Assembly: GCA_011523505.1 (NCBI GenBank)
Contig: WTGP01000019.1
Span: 189,151 to 253,150, forward strand
From: Gammaproteobacteria bacterium
GTDB taxonomy: Bacteria > Pseudomonadota > Gammaproteobacteria > Steroidobacterales > Foliamicaceae
Direction of reading: 5' to 3'
DNA length: 64,000 bases
The position numbers and the translations under genes were made by a program. This document shows positions 9,924-22,400 of this stretch, one piece after another; position 1 is the stretch's first letter, and the number at the start of each line of letters is the position of its first letter. The notes under the pieces were generated by a model. That model was not told the DNA's origin and ran no database searches. It worked only from the letters and a program-made list of their open reading frames with translations.

Positions 9924-12419
9924 TCAGCGCGGCCAGCGGCGGTAGGTGATGTCCGCCAGGTAGGCGAGCAGGGCGGCCAGCAGCAGCCACGGCCAAAGCC
10001 GCGTCACGTCGCCCGCCCGCAGCCCGCCGCCGGCGCGTATCTGCGCAGCGTCGCCGCCGGTCAGCACGGCGCCGCCGGTCAGCGCCGCCAGTTCGTCCAG
10101 GTCAAGCGCCGACGCCGGATCGACCTGGGTTTCTTCAAAACGATCCGAGTAGGGCGCGATCGCGATGCGCTGCGCTCCGGCGCCGCGGTTCGGCCGCACC
10201 ACGACCCGTACCGCCTCCCCGGCCGCAGCGGAGAAATCAGCCTCGAACAATCCGGGCGCGGTCTCGATCAGCGCAGGCATAGGCTCCGCCGTTTCGCGGC
10301 CGCTTGCATCCACCAGCCGGGCGTCCGGCGCCAGCAGCGGGTCGTTGTCGTAGCGCCGCACGCTCAGGTGGGCCCGGTCGCCCCGGCGCTTCAGCCCCAG
10401 CTTGAAGGGTTCCTGGTCCGAGGCCGTGCGGGCCACGATGCGGCCCAGGAACTCGGCGTAATCCGGCCAATCGCGCCAGCCCTCCGTGCCCTGGCCGGCC
10501 GGTTCGGTCATCAGGGCCGTCACCCGGCCCAGGCCGTAACGCCAGGTCGAAAGTACCGGATAGCGGGCGTCCGCGATCCGGATCAGCATTTCCGCTCCGT
10601 CGCGCGGCTCCACCTGGGCATAGCCGTTCAGCGGCGGCAGGGCTGCGGGGTCCACCGGCCCCCACCACCCGGGTCCGCTCAGGCCGTCCAGCGAAAAACT
10701 GCCGCGCTTGTAGCGGACCGCCTTGCGTATCGTGGGCCGCTTGAGAATCAGTTCCACCAGGCTGAACTGGTTGCCGACGCCATAGAAGCGTCCCTGCCCC
10801 CAATTCGCGATATCGGACATGACCAGGTTATGTCCGCCCTGACCGACGAGGATGGTCGAAACGTTGATATTGTCGCGCGAGATGCTGCGCACCATCGACT
10901 CGTAATTGGCGTCCTCGACGCCCGCATCGGTCACGAGAATGATGTGCTTGAAGCGCGCATTGACGTTCTGCAACCCGTAGTAGGCTTCCTGGATCGCGGG
11001 GTACAGGACCGTGCCGCCGATGGCCTTCATACGCCCGATGGCGCGGTCGATCTCGATCTTGTTGGAAGCCGGCTGCAAAGGCACCGCCCAGTGCTTGGCG
11101 CCATAGAACTCCACGATCCCGACCCGGTCGTGCGGTTGCAGGCGGCGCACCGCGATCCGGGCGATCTGCTTGGCCAGCTCGATGCGCGTTCCGCCCATGG
11201 AGCCTGAGGTGTCCAGTATCAGAGCGAGCGCCACGCTGGGATCGCTGATGTCGTCTTCACCGGTAATCTCGACCGGCAACAGCTCCGCCACCGGCGTTTC
11301 GAAGTAACCGCCGTCGGCAAAGGACGCCTGGCCGCCGCTCATCATCAGACCCAGACCCTGATCGACGATGGCGTCTTCAAGGCGCGCCTGGAACGCCTCG
11401 GAGAGCAAACGCGCCGGAACGTCGTCGATGACCACAAGCTGGTACGGCTCAAGGTCCGTATTCTCGTCCGGCGCGGCCGGATCCACCGTATCGATTTCAT
11501 GTCCCGGCCCCAGGATTTCGGCCAGACGCTGCGCCGCGCCCTCCTGGCGCGAACCCAGGTAGAGGATGCGCAGCGGCGCCTGGATCGACGCCACGGCCTG
11601 CAGGCGGTTGTTGCCGGGATCGTCCCCGGCGCCCGGCGCGACCACCAGTTCCGCCGTTACGTCAAGAAAGCCCGGTTCACCGGCTTCGAAATCGACTTCA
11701 ACGTAATGCCGACCTTCGCCCTGGAAGGGCCCGGAGCGGGCCAGTTCTTCCCCGTCCGAGCTCAGCACCAACTGCATCTCGGCGTTCGCGCCGTTGACTT
11801 CGGCCGTTGCCCTCAGCGATTCCCCGGGGCGGCCCGTACTCAGTCGCAGCCGCGCCGGGAACGGATCGGCGGAAGCCGCCCCGGGATTGAACACATGCAC
11901 CGGAATGTCGCGCTCGGCGAGCTGCGCCGCGGACCCGGCCCAATCGCGGCTGGTGGCCAGGCCGTCGGAAATCAGGACCACGGAACCCCGCTGCTCGCGC
12001 GGGATCGACTGACCCGCAATCTCCAGCGCCTCGGCCAGGGGCGACGCATCGCGTTCGCCCGGCACGATCCGCCTCGATCCGTTCTCGTTCGCGGAGCTGT
12101 CCGCGCCTTCCGCGCCAAGGCGAATCATGGTGGCGTCACCGCGTCCGGCCAGTTCGGCCAGCAGCGTGGAAGCCGCCTGCGCGCCGCGGCTGCGCGCCGC
12201 CGCCGACATGCTGGCGGTTTCGTCCAGCACCACGACGTGCCGTTCCTGCTCCACGTCCAGCACCGTCACCGGCTGCATCAGCGCCGCAATCAACAGCACG
12301 AACAGCAGCGATCGAATGACCCCGTGCCAGGTGGTGCGCGGGCGCGCGGGCCAGAACCACAACGCCGGCACGGCCAGCAACAGCAGCGCGGCCAGGGGAT
12401 AGGTAAAGGAAATGCTCAT
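9924..12419 (-). CDS. Membrane-anchored vWA protein (BatA-like N-terminal TMs, two vWA-like domains, GATase1-like domain, C-terminal TM)
   Basis: MIDAS motifs VLDETASMS..ISDG and ILDTSGSM..GGT..LVTDAG; GLGLMMSGGQASF..GGY..TPVAELLPV; WRYGLGRV; hydrophobic ends. Confidence 0.85.
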   Translation of the reverse strand: MSISFTYPLAALLLLAVPALWFWPARPRTTWHGVIRSLLFVLLIAALMQPVTVLDVEQERHVVVLDETASMSAAARSRGAQAASTLLAELAGRGDATMIRLGAEGADSSANENGSRRIVPGERDASPLAEALEIAGQSIPREQRGSVVLISDGLATSRDWAGSAAQLAERDIPVHVFNPGAASADPFPARLRLSTGRPGESLRATAEVNGANAEMQLVLSSDGEELARSGPFQGEGRHYVEVDFEAGEPGFLDVTAELVVAPGAGDDPGNNRLQAVASIQAPLRILYLGSRQEGAAQRLAEILGPGHEIDTVDPAAPDENTDLEPYQLVVIDDVPARLLSEAFQARLEDAIVDQGLGLMMSGGQASFADGGYFETPVAELLPVEITGEDDISDPSVALALILDTSGSMGGTRIELAKQIARIAVRRLQPHDRVGIVEFYGAKHWAVPLQPASNKIEIDRAIGRMKAIGGTVLYPAIQEAYYGLQNVNARFKHIILVTDAGVEDANYESMVRSISRDNINVSTILVGQGGHNLVMSDIANWGQGRFYGVGNQFSLVELILKRPTIRKAVRYKRGSFSLDGLSGPGWWGPVDPAALPPLNGYAQVEPRDGAEMLIRIADARYPVLSTWRYGLGRVTALMTEPAGQGTEGWRDWPDYAEFLGRIVARTASDQEPFKLGLKRRGDRAHLSVRRYDNDPLLAPDARLVDASGRETAEPMPALIETAPGLFEADFSAAAGEAVRVVVRPNRGAGAQRIAIAPYSDRFEETQVDPASALDLDELAALTGGAVLTGGDAAQIRAGGGLRAGDVTRLWPWLLLAALLAYLADITYRRWPR

Positions 12420-12431
12420 CGCGCCGGGTCC

Positions 12432-14153
12432 CTACGGCATCATCCCGCGCTGGTAGGCGTACCACTCGAACGCGAGCAGCGCCAGCGCGGCCAGGATCAG
12501 GAGAAGCGCGAGCAGCGAAGGCCCCGCCAGTCCCGCGGCCGCGGGGGCGAAAGCGGGCAGCTCCACTCCGGTCTGCCCCGTTGTGACCGCCGCGCTCAAA
12601 AGCGAAACCGGATACGAGAGCCCCCCGCCGGGCGCTTCGAGCGTTCCCGAGCGCGCCGGCGGCAGGTCCGCGCCCAGAAGGCGGGTCGCGCTGTCCCCGG
12701 GACCGGTCAGTGCGAACTCCGATGAGTCCTCCGGCGCGAGCCGGCCCGCGGCCAGGTAGGCATACGCCGCATCTTCCTCGGTGAGCCAGCGGGCGGTGCG
12801 GGTAACGAACAGCGGGAACGCCCGCGACGCCGTAAAGTTGAAGCGCTCATCGAGCAGTTCCAGCCACACGGAAATACTCCTCGTCTCGCCGCCTGACGTT
12901 TGCACGCTCACCGGCCGGCCGGCCTCGGCGGCCATTCCCGCACCGTCGATCAGGCTCAGACCCAACCCCTGCAGGCTGTCGCGCAAGGCCGATTCCGCGT
13001 CCAGATTGCCCGTGTACCGAATCTCGAAGGCGGCCTCCTGTTCGTTCATGGGCGCGAATTCGACCGCCGGCAGATCGCCGCCGAACGCCTCGCCGGCCCG
13101 CCGGAAAACCACTTCGGGGTCGGCCTCGGCCAGCAGGAGGCCTGGGTCGGCCTGCACCGCGTCGGCGAGAACGGAACCCAGCGAGGCGGACACGGCAACC
13201 CTGAGTTCCCGGCGTTCGGGCAGCCGCAACTGCGCCATGTCGTCCGCTGGCAAGGCGTCCGGTTCGGACATGCGGACCTCCAGCAATCCGCCCGCGGCGG
13301 GTATGTCGCGGAGGACAAAGCCGTCGGGAGGGGCATCCTGGATGACCGCCCCGCTCAGAGGCGCGCCGTCAAGACTCAGCTCCACGTCGCCCGGAAGCGT
13401 GCTGAGGTCTCCGGCGGAAGCCACACGAACCAGCACGTCCACGGTGTCCCAGCGCCCGGAAGCGGCCGTGCCCAGGCCCATGGCCACGATGCCGCGGTTC
13501 GGTACCGGTTCTTCAGGGCCCTGGGCGCGCTGGACCTCGACATTTTCCGGGAGGCCATCCAGCGCTTCCTCGCTGACCGGAGCGCGGCCGTAAATGACCA
13601 GGCGCACGGCCTCGGGGTAGGCGCCGGGCAGCGCCAGCAGGTCGAGTTGGTCCGCCACCGCCGAGGGCGCCCCTTCGGGCACGAGCCCGTCCACCCTGCG
13701 ATCGAACAGCAGGCTCTCCTCGCCCGCATTCAGAAGCTTCAGGTTCCGGGCGCCGCCCCAGATGACTTCGCGCTGGTCGTCCGGAAGTCTCCGCAAATCG
13801 TCGCGAACGCGTTCGATGGCGCGCTCGAGGTCGCCCGGCGCGGACATGTGCGCCGATCCGTCCAGGAACAGCACGTGGTACTGGCCGCCCTCGGGATCGT
13901 CCACCCGCGGCTCGGCCAGGCCCAGCCACAAGAGCAAGCAGATCAGCAGGCTCAGCAGGTAGGCCAGCCAGTGGCGAAAGCGCCGGCGAAACACCCGCAC
14001 CGGGGCGTCGCGGGCCGCTTCGCGCCAGAACATCGCGGTGGGCACCGCCACTTCGGTGTAGCGGATGCGCAACTGCTGAAGCACGTACAAGAGCCCGGCC
14101 AGACCGGCGGCGCCCGCCAGCAACCAGGGCCAGGACAGGTTGGCGAAGTTCAT
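12432..14153 (-). CDS. BatA-domain / degenerate vWA membrane protein
   Basis: N-terminal MNF..W..LLY..VPTAMFW double-TM pattern; FLDGSAHM (degenerate DxSxS); FPLFV; C-terminal TM ending LAFEWY; 4-nt overlap with the DUF58 gene. Confidence 0.8.
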   Translation of the reverse strand: MNFANLSWPWLLAGAAGLAGLLYVLQQLRIRYTEVAVPTAMFWREAARDAPVRVFRRRFRHWLAYLLSLLICLLLWLGLAEPRVDDPEGGQYHVLFLDGSAHMSAPGDLERAIERVRDDLRRLPDDQREVIWGGARNLKLLNAGEESLLFDRRVDGLVPEGAPSAVADQLDLLALPGAYPEAVRLVIYGRAPVSEEALDGLPENVEVQRAQGPEEPVPNRGIVAMGLGTAASGRWDTVDVLVRVASAGDLSTLPGDVELSLDGAPLSGAVIQDAPPDGFVLRDIPAAGGLLEVRMSEPDALPADDMAQLRLPERRELRVAVSASLGSVLADAVQADPGLLLAEADPEVVFRRAGEAFGGDLPAVEFAPMNEQEAAFEIRYTGNLDAESALRDSLQGLGLSLIDGAGMAAEAGRPVSVQTSGGETRSISVWLELLDERFNFTASRAFPLFVTRTARWLTEEDAAYAYLAAGRLAPEDSSEFALTGPGDSATRLLGADLPPARSGTLEAPGGGLSYPVSLLSAAVTTGQTGVELPAFAPAAAGLAGPSLLALLLILAALALLAFEWYAYQRGMMP

Positions 14154-15061
14154 ATCTCGATGCGCCCCGCCTCGAATGCCGCCGCCAGTTGCGGCAGCAC
14201 GTCCTCGTCGGTATTCAAGCGCAGGAAGGCCGCGCCGTGCCCGGTGGCGAAGGTGGTCAGGCGCTCGTTGAAATCGTTCACGATCGCGCGGTAACTGGCG
14301 AGAATGGCGGGCGTGAGCGACACGTCCACGGCCTCGCCGGACTCGCAGTCGCGCAGGCGCACGTCGCCGCGCATGTCGCGGCGGCCGGCCGGGTCCAGGT
14401 CGTGGTTGCCGATCAGCTGCACCAGCAGCAGGCGGTGCCGGGTCTGGCGCAGCGATCCCAGCACGGCGTCCAGCCCGGCCGGGTCGTAGAAGTCGGAAAT
14501 GACGACCAGCAGCCCCCGGCGCAGGCGCAGCCGTTCCACGCCTTCGATCGCCTGGACCAATTCGGTGGCGCCCTGCTCCTCGAGTTCCGCCAGGCGCTCC
14601 GCGACCCGCATCAGGCGGCCCTGTCCGGAACCGTTCTTGAGCTTCATTTCCAGGTTGTCCGAAAAGGAAAACAATCCCACGCTGTCATGCTGGGACAGGC
14701 TGATGGAGGCCAGGGCCAGCGCCACCTTCAGCGCCACGCCGATCTTGGGCGCGTCCTCGAAATACATGCTGCTCGAGCGGTCCACCAGCAGGTAAACGGG
14801 CAGTTCCTGCCGCTCCTCGAACACCTTCACGACCACGCGGCCGAGGCGCCGGTAGATGTTCCAGTCGATGGTGCGGGTATCGTCGCCGGGCACGTAGGCC
14901 TTGTAGTCGGCGAACTCCAGGCCGGCGCCCTTGTCCTTCGAGAGCTGCTCGGCATGCCGGCCGCCGCTGATGATGCGCCGCGCCCACAGGCTGAAGCCCT
15001 GCAGCGAGGTCAGGAACTCGGTATCAAAGAATTCGTCAACTGTGGGGGCGGCCATGCCCAT
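14150..15061 (-). CDS. DUF58 family protein (MoxR-associated, vWA-like)
   Basis: GLEFADYKAYVPGDDTRTIDWNIY..KVFEE..LLVDRSSSM..VVISDF signature. Confidence 0.92.
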   Translation of the reverse strand: MGMAAPTVDEFFDTEFLTSLQGFSLWARRIISGGRHAEQLSKDKGAGLEFADYKAYVPGDDTRTIDWNIYRRLGRVVVKVFEERQELPVYLLVDRSSSMYFEDAPKIGVALKVALALASISLSQHDSVGLFSFSDNLEMKLKNGSGQGRLMRVAERLAELEEQGATELVQAIEGVERLRLRRGLLVVISDFYDPAGLDAVLGSLRQTRHRLLLVQLIGNHDLDPAGRRDMRGDVRLRDCESGEAVDVSLTPAILASYRAIVNDFNERLTTFATGHGAAFLRLNTDEDVLPQLAAAFEAGRIEI

Positions 15062-15098
15062 GGTTCGGTCTCCTCAACCCCGGGAGCGAGGGCATGGT

Positions 15099-16120
<1,022 letters not shown>

Positions 16121-16124
<4 letters not shown>

Positions 16125-17638
16125 TCGATTTCCTCCGGCGCTTCTTCGCCATTCGTTCGCTGTGCAAGAAAATAGTTTCGTACCACGTCCCGGCCCAACG
16201 GCGGGATTTCGCGATGCAGGGTGTGGCCCACGGCAGCGTCGCGCGCCGGCCGTTCCCGCGCCTGCGCCGGATCGGCCTGGTGCTCTTCGGCGCGGCCCTG
16301 CTCGCTCTGGATCTTCATGCGCCCGGGGTTCACCTTGCCCTGCAGGTAATCGGGCAGCGGAACGCCCAGCAGCATCGCGGCCACGCCGCGGGTCTTCTTC
16401 AGGCCGGACGGGCCGCCGCGGCCGTTCAGGTCGTCGCGTTCCTCATTGCCGTCGGCCGACGGAGTCAGGGAACGGTTGACCGGCGCCTTGCGCTGACTGA
16501 TCAGCGGCTTGCTCGCGGAACCGGCTTTCTGTTCCTCGTCTTCTTCCTCGTCACCGTAATCGGAGTCGCCCTCCGGTTCCGGCTGCTGGGTCTTGTCCTG
16601 GGCGGCGGCGTGATCCGAGGCGGCCATGCGTCCGCCGGACATTTCGCCTTTGCCGCCCTTCAGTCCCGCGGATTCCTTGGGCTGGTCTTCCTCTTCTTTC
16701 GGCGGGTCCCTGGGCTTCTGCTCCCTTGGTTCGTTTTTCCTCGGTTCGCTCTCGTCCTGCTCCTGCTTTTCCGCGCGCTGGCCGGAAGCGCCGGATTGCG
16801 CCTGCCGCGCCCGATTGCTGCGCCGGGCGTCCGAACCGGCGGCGCTGCGGTTGTCGGACTGCCGCTGGGCGGAGAACTCGCGCGCCTCCATCTCGCTTGG
16901 GCGGCTTTCCGCCTCGGAGTCGGGCACCTCGACTTCGGTATTGCGCCTGGCCGCGAGGGAAGCCGGGCGCGGCTGCAGCGGATCGGGCAGGACCTGCGTG
17001 AGGTCGGAATCCCGGCGAAGGTCGCCGGGAATCGCATCGGCAACCAGCGTCTCGCCGGCGGATGCCTGCGACGCCGAGTACTGCCCTGTCCACAGGGCGG
17101 CGACGAGCAGCACCACGGCGAGCGCACCCAGCCTGCGGTGCGGAGGAATCCAGTCCGGCGGCCGGATCGCGACCGGCGGCAGCTTGCGATCCAGGGCGGT
17201 TTGCACATGACCCCGCGCGTCCTCCACCGCCGCCTGCTCGAAATCGCTGCGGTCGGCCTTGGACAGATACTGGTCGGCCGCCTGCAGCCGGTCCTTGAGG
17301 CCCAGGTCGCGGTCGTACAGCGCCAGGCACATGCGCCGGTCGATCCGATGGCGAGCGAAATCGAACAGCACGCAGCCGGCAACCGCCAGAACGGGCAGCG
17401 CCAGCGCAACCAGCACCGTCACTGCCAGGCCGAAGGGCCAGAGACTTGTTCCCGCCGCCGTGTCCAGCAACTCGGCCAGCAGGATGGCGCCGCTCACGCA
17501 AAGCGCGGCGGGGAATAGCAATTTCAGGTAGCGGTCGCAGGCGCAGCGCAGCACCCAGCGCTTGAGGCGCCTCGCGCCCTGGGCGGCGAGGCGGTTCAGC
17601 TGATCCTGAAGACGGTCGGGCGCAGGCTTGGCCGGCAT
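16121..17638 (-). CDS. Membrane protein with 3 TM segments and long disordered charged C-terminus (MoxR-cluster associated)
   Basis: Hydrophobic N-terminal helices; LGLKDRLQAA motif; low-complexity E/Q/S/K region; C-terminal IPPLGRDVVRNYF; ATGA overlap with moxR. Confidence 0.75.
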
Positions 17639-17670
17639 GGCGGGTCTCGTCGCCTACGCCGATACGGAGC

Positions 17671-19206
17671 TTATCTGCCGGCCTCGACGATCAGCGGGTC
17701 GTCCGCTTCCAGCAGGGGCCTGAGGCGCTCCATCCCGTCGCGGGCGCTGTCCTTCAGCGCCTGCGGACCCTCGAGCAGCGGCGATGCGGCGCGCTCGTAG
17801 TTCGAGTAGGCGCGCCGATTGCGCCCCAGCGCCTCGTACACGCGCCCGAGTTCATGACGCACCAGGCTCTCCTTTTCGGGATCGCCGCTGAAACCGGCGG
17901 CCAGGAAGTACTTCCAGGCCTGCTCGGCATCGCCCGCCTCAAGGTAGCGGTCGCCAAGAACCAGTTGCAGGTCCTGCCGCAGCCCCGGATCGTCGGAACG
18001 CGAAATGTATTCCAGCGCTTCCTCGGCCAGCGCCGTGATCAGCTCGGAGCGTTCGTCGCGGTCTTCCGCGAGAAACAACGGTTGCAGCGTTTCCGTGAGC
18101 CAGCCCGACTTCATGCGCTCCAGCGTTTTGGCGAGACGGTAATTCACCGCCTCCATCTGCTCCTCGACCGGGGCGTTCTGCTCCAGTCCCAGGGCAAACA
18201 TCAACTCGGCCGCCTCCGCTACATTGCGGTCGTCCGGGTTGCCCTGGTGATACGACCGCAGCGCGTCGCGGTCCTTGTTCACCGCCGCCGTGTAGAACTC
18301 GAAATCGGCCTCGGAATAATTGCTGTTCACAACCGGCTCCAGCGCCAGGTAGCCCTGCACCGGGTTGATCTCCAGCCTGAAGGCGGTCCACAGGCTCAAA
18401 CCGGGGACCACGAGCCAGTCCCGGGAAAGTTCCGGATCCTGGGAGAAATCGGCCGGAAACAGCGCCGCCATGCCGGACAGCGGAACGCGCTGATCGCCAA
18501 GGCCGAAGTGGATGTTCGGCACGTCGCCGAACGGGTAGCCCAGTCCGCCGGCCAGCGCCGCATTGATGTAGCTGTGATAGCCCGCGGTATTGAAAGCCAT
18601 CAGGGAGCGGTCCTTCTCGCCGATGCTCAGCGGCGCCAGCACCCGGCCTTCTTCGGTCGTGCGCAAGCCGGTGACGATCGACTCGGCCCACAGCATCGCG
18701 TCTTCCACGTTGGCTTCGGCCGCCGGCTTGAAGCTGACCTCGCCGGCGGCCAGGTTCATGCCGAGCGCGTACTGGCGCAGCACCGGGCCGCCCAGGATGG
18801 CCGACACGTCGATGTCCTTCAGCTCCACCGAATACTGCCCGCTCAGGTTCTTCAGGAACAGCGTGCATTCGGAAGAGGCCTCGACGCCCTCCTTCGGCAC
18901 CTCGATGCGCAGACCGTCGGCCAGGATCTTGATGGTTTCCTCGCCCTCGCCGTATTCGACGTAGCCGAGAATGCAGTTGTAAATCCTCAGCGGCTGCTCG
19001 TCGGTGTAGTCGAGCACCACGTGGGTTTCCTTGTGAAACTTCTCGGTGCTCAGCACCACGCGCACCAGCACGTGATCGCCGATGACTTTGGCCTCGGCCG
19101 TGCCTCCGGGGGAGCCCTCGAGCTGCGCGGCGGCAGGCTGCGCCAGCCAGCCCAGACTCACGAACAGGACGGCGATGGCCAAACGCAATGGATTCAGTTT
19201 CATCAA
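17671..19206 (-). CDS. Exported protein with two degenerate retropepsin-like domains plus C-terminal TPR (copy A)
   Basis: Signal peptide; GDHVLVRV..VVLDYT, SAILGGPVL; RVLAP..AFNTAG, VVPGLSLW; TPR ELGRVYEALGRNRRAYSNYERA; clear paralog of 24327-25868. Confidence 0.75.
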   Translation of the reverse strand: MMKLNPLRLAIAVLFVSLGWLAQPAAAQLEGSPGGTAEAKVIGDHVLVRVVLSTEKFHKETHVVLDYTDEQPLRIYNCILGYVEYGEGEETIKILADGLRIEVPKEGVEASSECTLFLKNLSGQYSVELKDIDVSAILGGPVLRQYALGMNLAAGEVSFKPAAEANVEDAMLWAESIVTGLRTTEEGRVLAPLSIGEKDRSLMAFNTAGYHSYINAALAGGLGYPFGDVPNIHFGLGDQRVPLSGMAALFPADFSQDPELSRDWLVVPGLSLWTAFRLEINPVQGYLALEPVVNSNYSEADFEFYTAAVNKDRDALRSYHQGNPDDRNVAEAAELMFALGLEQNAPVEEQMEAVNYRLAKTLERMKSGWLTETLQPLFLAEDRDERSELITALAEEALEYISRSDDPGLRQDLQLVLGDRYLEAGDAEQAWKYFLAAGFSGDPEKESLVRHELGRVYEALGRNRRAYSNYERAASPLLEGPQALKDSARDGMERLRPLLEADDPLIVEAGR

Positions 19207-19365
19207 TTTCTCTCCCGGCTGAAGATTGTATTTGCCGACGCCCCCGTGGGATGGATGCGCCGAACAGCTGTTTCGTTGCGTTTCCCGGTCAGGGGATTGC
19301 AGGCTATTACATCACGTCCAGCTTACCGGAACCTTGCCTGCAGTGCGGACTGCTCTCAAAGCCGT

Positions 19366-19393
19366 GCCGGCCGCCCTTCCCTGAGCGGCCGGC
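19366..19393 (-). terminator. GC-rich hairpin just downstream of the TBDR stop (terminator or mRNA stabiliser)
   Basis: GCCGGCCGC-N10-GCGGCCGGC perfect 9-bp stem; no strong U-tract. Confidence 0.45.
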
Positions 19394-19403
19394 GCCGAGG
19401 GGA

Positions 19404-22400
19404 CTACAGTTCCCAGTTGAATTCGACGAACATCACCTGGCCGCGCGCGTCCCAGCGCGACGGGTCGTACGGCATGCCCCAATAGAGCGTTTCCGGGGGT
19501 TCCGCATCCAGAATATTGCGGCCGCCGGCGCGCAACTGAATGCCGTTGTCGAAGGTGTAACTCAGGGTCAGGTCCACCGAGATGTATGAATCCACCGTCA
19601 GGTGCGGCTTGTCCTGGCCCCAGTACTCGCACCTTCCCACGATTTCAAGGCAGGAACCGGTGTTGTTGTTCAGGTAGCTCGGGGTGTAGTAGACGAACAG
19701 GTGTCCGGCCCAGCGTTCGCGGTACCAATCCAGTTGACCGCTTAGCCGGTACTCGTCGCTGCCCAGCACGGTGCCCTCCCGGCGTATGGGTTCGCTCTCG
19801 GCCGTGATCTGGAAGACTTCCTCCAGCACCCGCGTATAGGTGAGCCGGGGCGTGAAATCGCCCCATGCCGTCTCGAAGTTGTAGGCGAATTCGGTGGTGA
19901 TGATCTCGCTTATCTTGTTTGCGATGTTGATCGGCCGCGATCTGTGGAACACGGTCGCATTTCCGTTCGCGTCCCGCTCCACCACGTCAGGTAGCGCAAA
20001 GATGATTTCCGGATAATCGCGCCACAGGGTACCCACACTCTCGATCTTGTCGGCAAAGTCGATCTTCGACCAGTCCAGCGTCCAGCGGAATCCGGGCAGG
20101 GCCGCGGGGGTCCAGTCGAAGCTGAATGAAACGTTTTCGGAGTATTCCGGATTCGTATTGACTGAATTACGGGCCAAGGTGGAGCGAATGCTGATAGGCG
20201 CGGTATTGCCGGACGGCTCATAGGGGTCCACATAGGTCCAGAACGTGTAGAACGTGGGGTTGGTTAGACTGAAAAGATCTCCCCACACAGGTGGACGGAA
20301 CGACTCGGACCAGGATGCGCGCAGCGAGAAATCCTCCGTCGGACCGTACTGGATGCCGATCCGCGGACTGGTGGCGGAATGCTCGACGTCGATGATGTTG
20401 GGTTCGCCGGGATAGGTCCAGCGCCTGTTCACGCGGTCGTACACCGGATCGACGCCCCCGGCTGCGCCTTCCGTCTTGTAGATGTCGCGCCGCGCCTGCA
20501 GGCTCAGGACGAGCGAAGCAATACCCGGCCGGGCGTTGCGCTCGCCCACGATCGGCAGCGCGAATTCGGCAAAGTACGCGGTCGCCTCACGGGTCGGCCG
20601 GGCCACGCCGATGCGCTCGAAGCGGCCCTCCCGGCGCACGCCATCGCCGGCGATCAGCGTGACCTCTCGGTAGATCGTGTCTTCATTGAATTGCGCTCCC
20701 AGCGCGTAACTGATCGGACCGCCCCACAACTGAAGGAACTGGCCGCGGAGCAGCGGTTCGACGGACCGGGTCTTGGTGACGCTGTCGGACGGAAGCGGCC
20801 AGGCGTCGGTGTTGTAGAGGCTCGCCAGTTCGGGACTCTGCACGGAGCCGTCTCCGAACAGGTTGATCGCCACGCTGGGATCGGAACTGGCCAGCAGTTC
20901 CACCATCCGGGCATGAATCGGGTTCGCCGGATTGATCAGTCCCGGACCATTCAGCTTGTACTGGTGCTGATAACGCGTGGACCGGGATCGGGTCGCGTTG
21001 AGCTCGAAGGTCGTCGTGTCGCCGATATCCCAGATCAATCCGGCGGACAGGGAGCGCTTGCGGTTGCCCGAGGCGGAGAATTCCTCGGGTAGCCCGGACT
21101 CGATCTCCTTGATCGGATAGTAGGTCACCAGCACGGTCTTTCCATAGGGATTGAAGGCGTTGCTGGCCGGCACCGGCCATTGGAACATCTGGGTATTCTG
21201 GTTGCGCGAGGACACGTTGTTCGAATACAGAAAATCCGCATAGAGACGAAGATCCTCGGTCACGTACTGCTCCAGGTACAGGGTGCCCGACTCGTTGCGC
21301 GTGTGTTCCCCGTTTTGCGGCGCAACGATATCGGCGGGCACGATGTTCGTCGTGAAATCATCCACCGTCGCGCCCACGCCGCTGTGGCCCTGGGGAAGCT
21401 GGTAGGTCACCCACGGAAAACCGCAGAAGGTGCCCGTAGGATAGGTGACCGTCGTGGGGCAAACCACGCCCGGCTGACCCACACGGTCGTCGCGGGAGTC
21501 GAACTCGACGCCGTAGCGGTCGCGATAGTCGTAACTGGTCCAGCCGGTCTTTTCATTGGTGATGGGCTGGGACGAATCGCGCGACAAGACGGCGGTAATC
21601 TGGCCGCTGCCCCAGCCGTAGCCGCCCTGGAAGGAAACCTTGCTGGCGTCGGCGTCGGTTGAACTGTACTCGTCGCGGACCTGGAAGGTGGCGCCGGTGT
21701 AGTTCTTCTTGGTAATGAAGTTCACCACGCCGCCGATCGCGTCCGCGCCGTACACGGCGGAGGAGCCGTCCAGCTGGATGTCCACGCGCTCGATGGCCGA
21801 CAGCGGCACGTTGACGAGATTCGCGTAATTGTCCTCGACGCCGGCAACGCCCGCGGTGCGGCGTCCGTTCAGCAGCACCAGCGTGTTGGCGGAACCCAGG
21901 GCGCGCAGGTTCACCGTGGAAATGCCCACGTTAATCCCGCCCGTCCTGAACTCTTCCGTGTCGCTCGCTCCCACGTTCGCGTCATTGTTCTGCGTAGTCG
22001 TGCCCGCATAGGCGAATGGCAGGGTCCGGAACAGTTCCTCGACCGTGGTGACGCCGCGCGCCCGGATGTCCTCGGCGGTTAGAGTGAAAACGCGGACCGT
22101 CGGGTCGCCCATCGTCAGGCGCGAGCCGGTAACCCTCTGCTCTCCCAGTTCGATCGGCGCCTCCTCCTCTTCGGCCGGCGCTTCGCCGGCCGCTTCGGGT
22201 TCGGGTTGCCGGACCTGCTCCGCCTCCTGGACCACCACCAGGTTCTCGGCCGTGTATTCATGCGTCAGGCCCGCTTCGGTCGTCAGGGCCGCCAGGGCCT
22301 CGTCAAACCGATACTCGCCCTGCAAGCCTTCGACTTCGACATCCGCGCCTGCCCCGTCGGCCAGGATGATCTGGACGCCCGAGGATTTTGCGAGCGTTAC

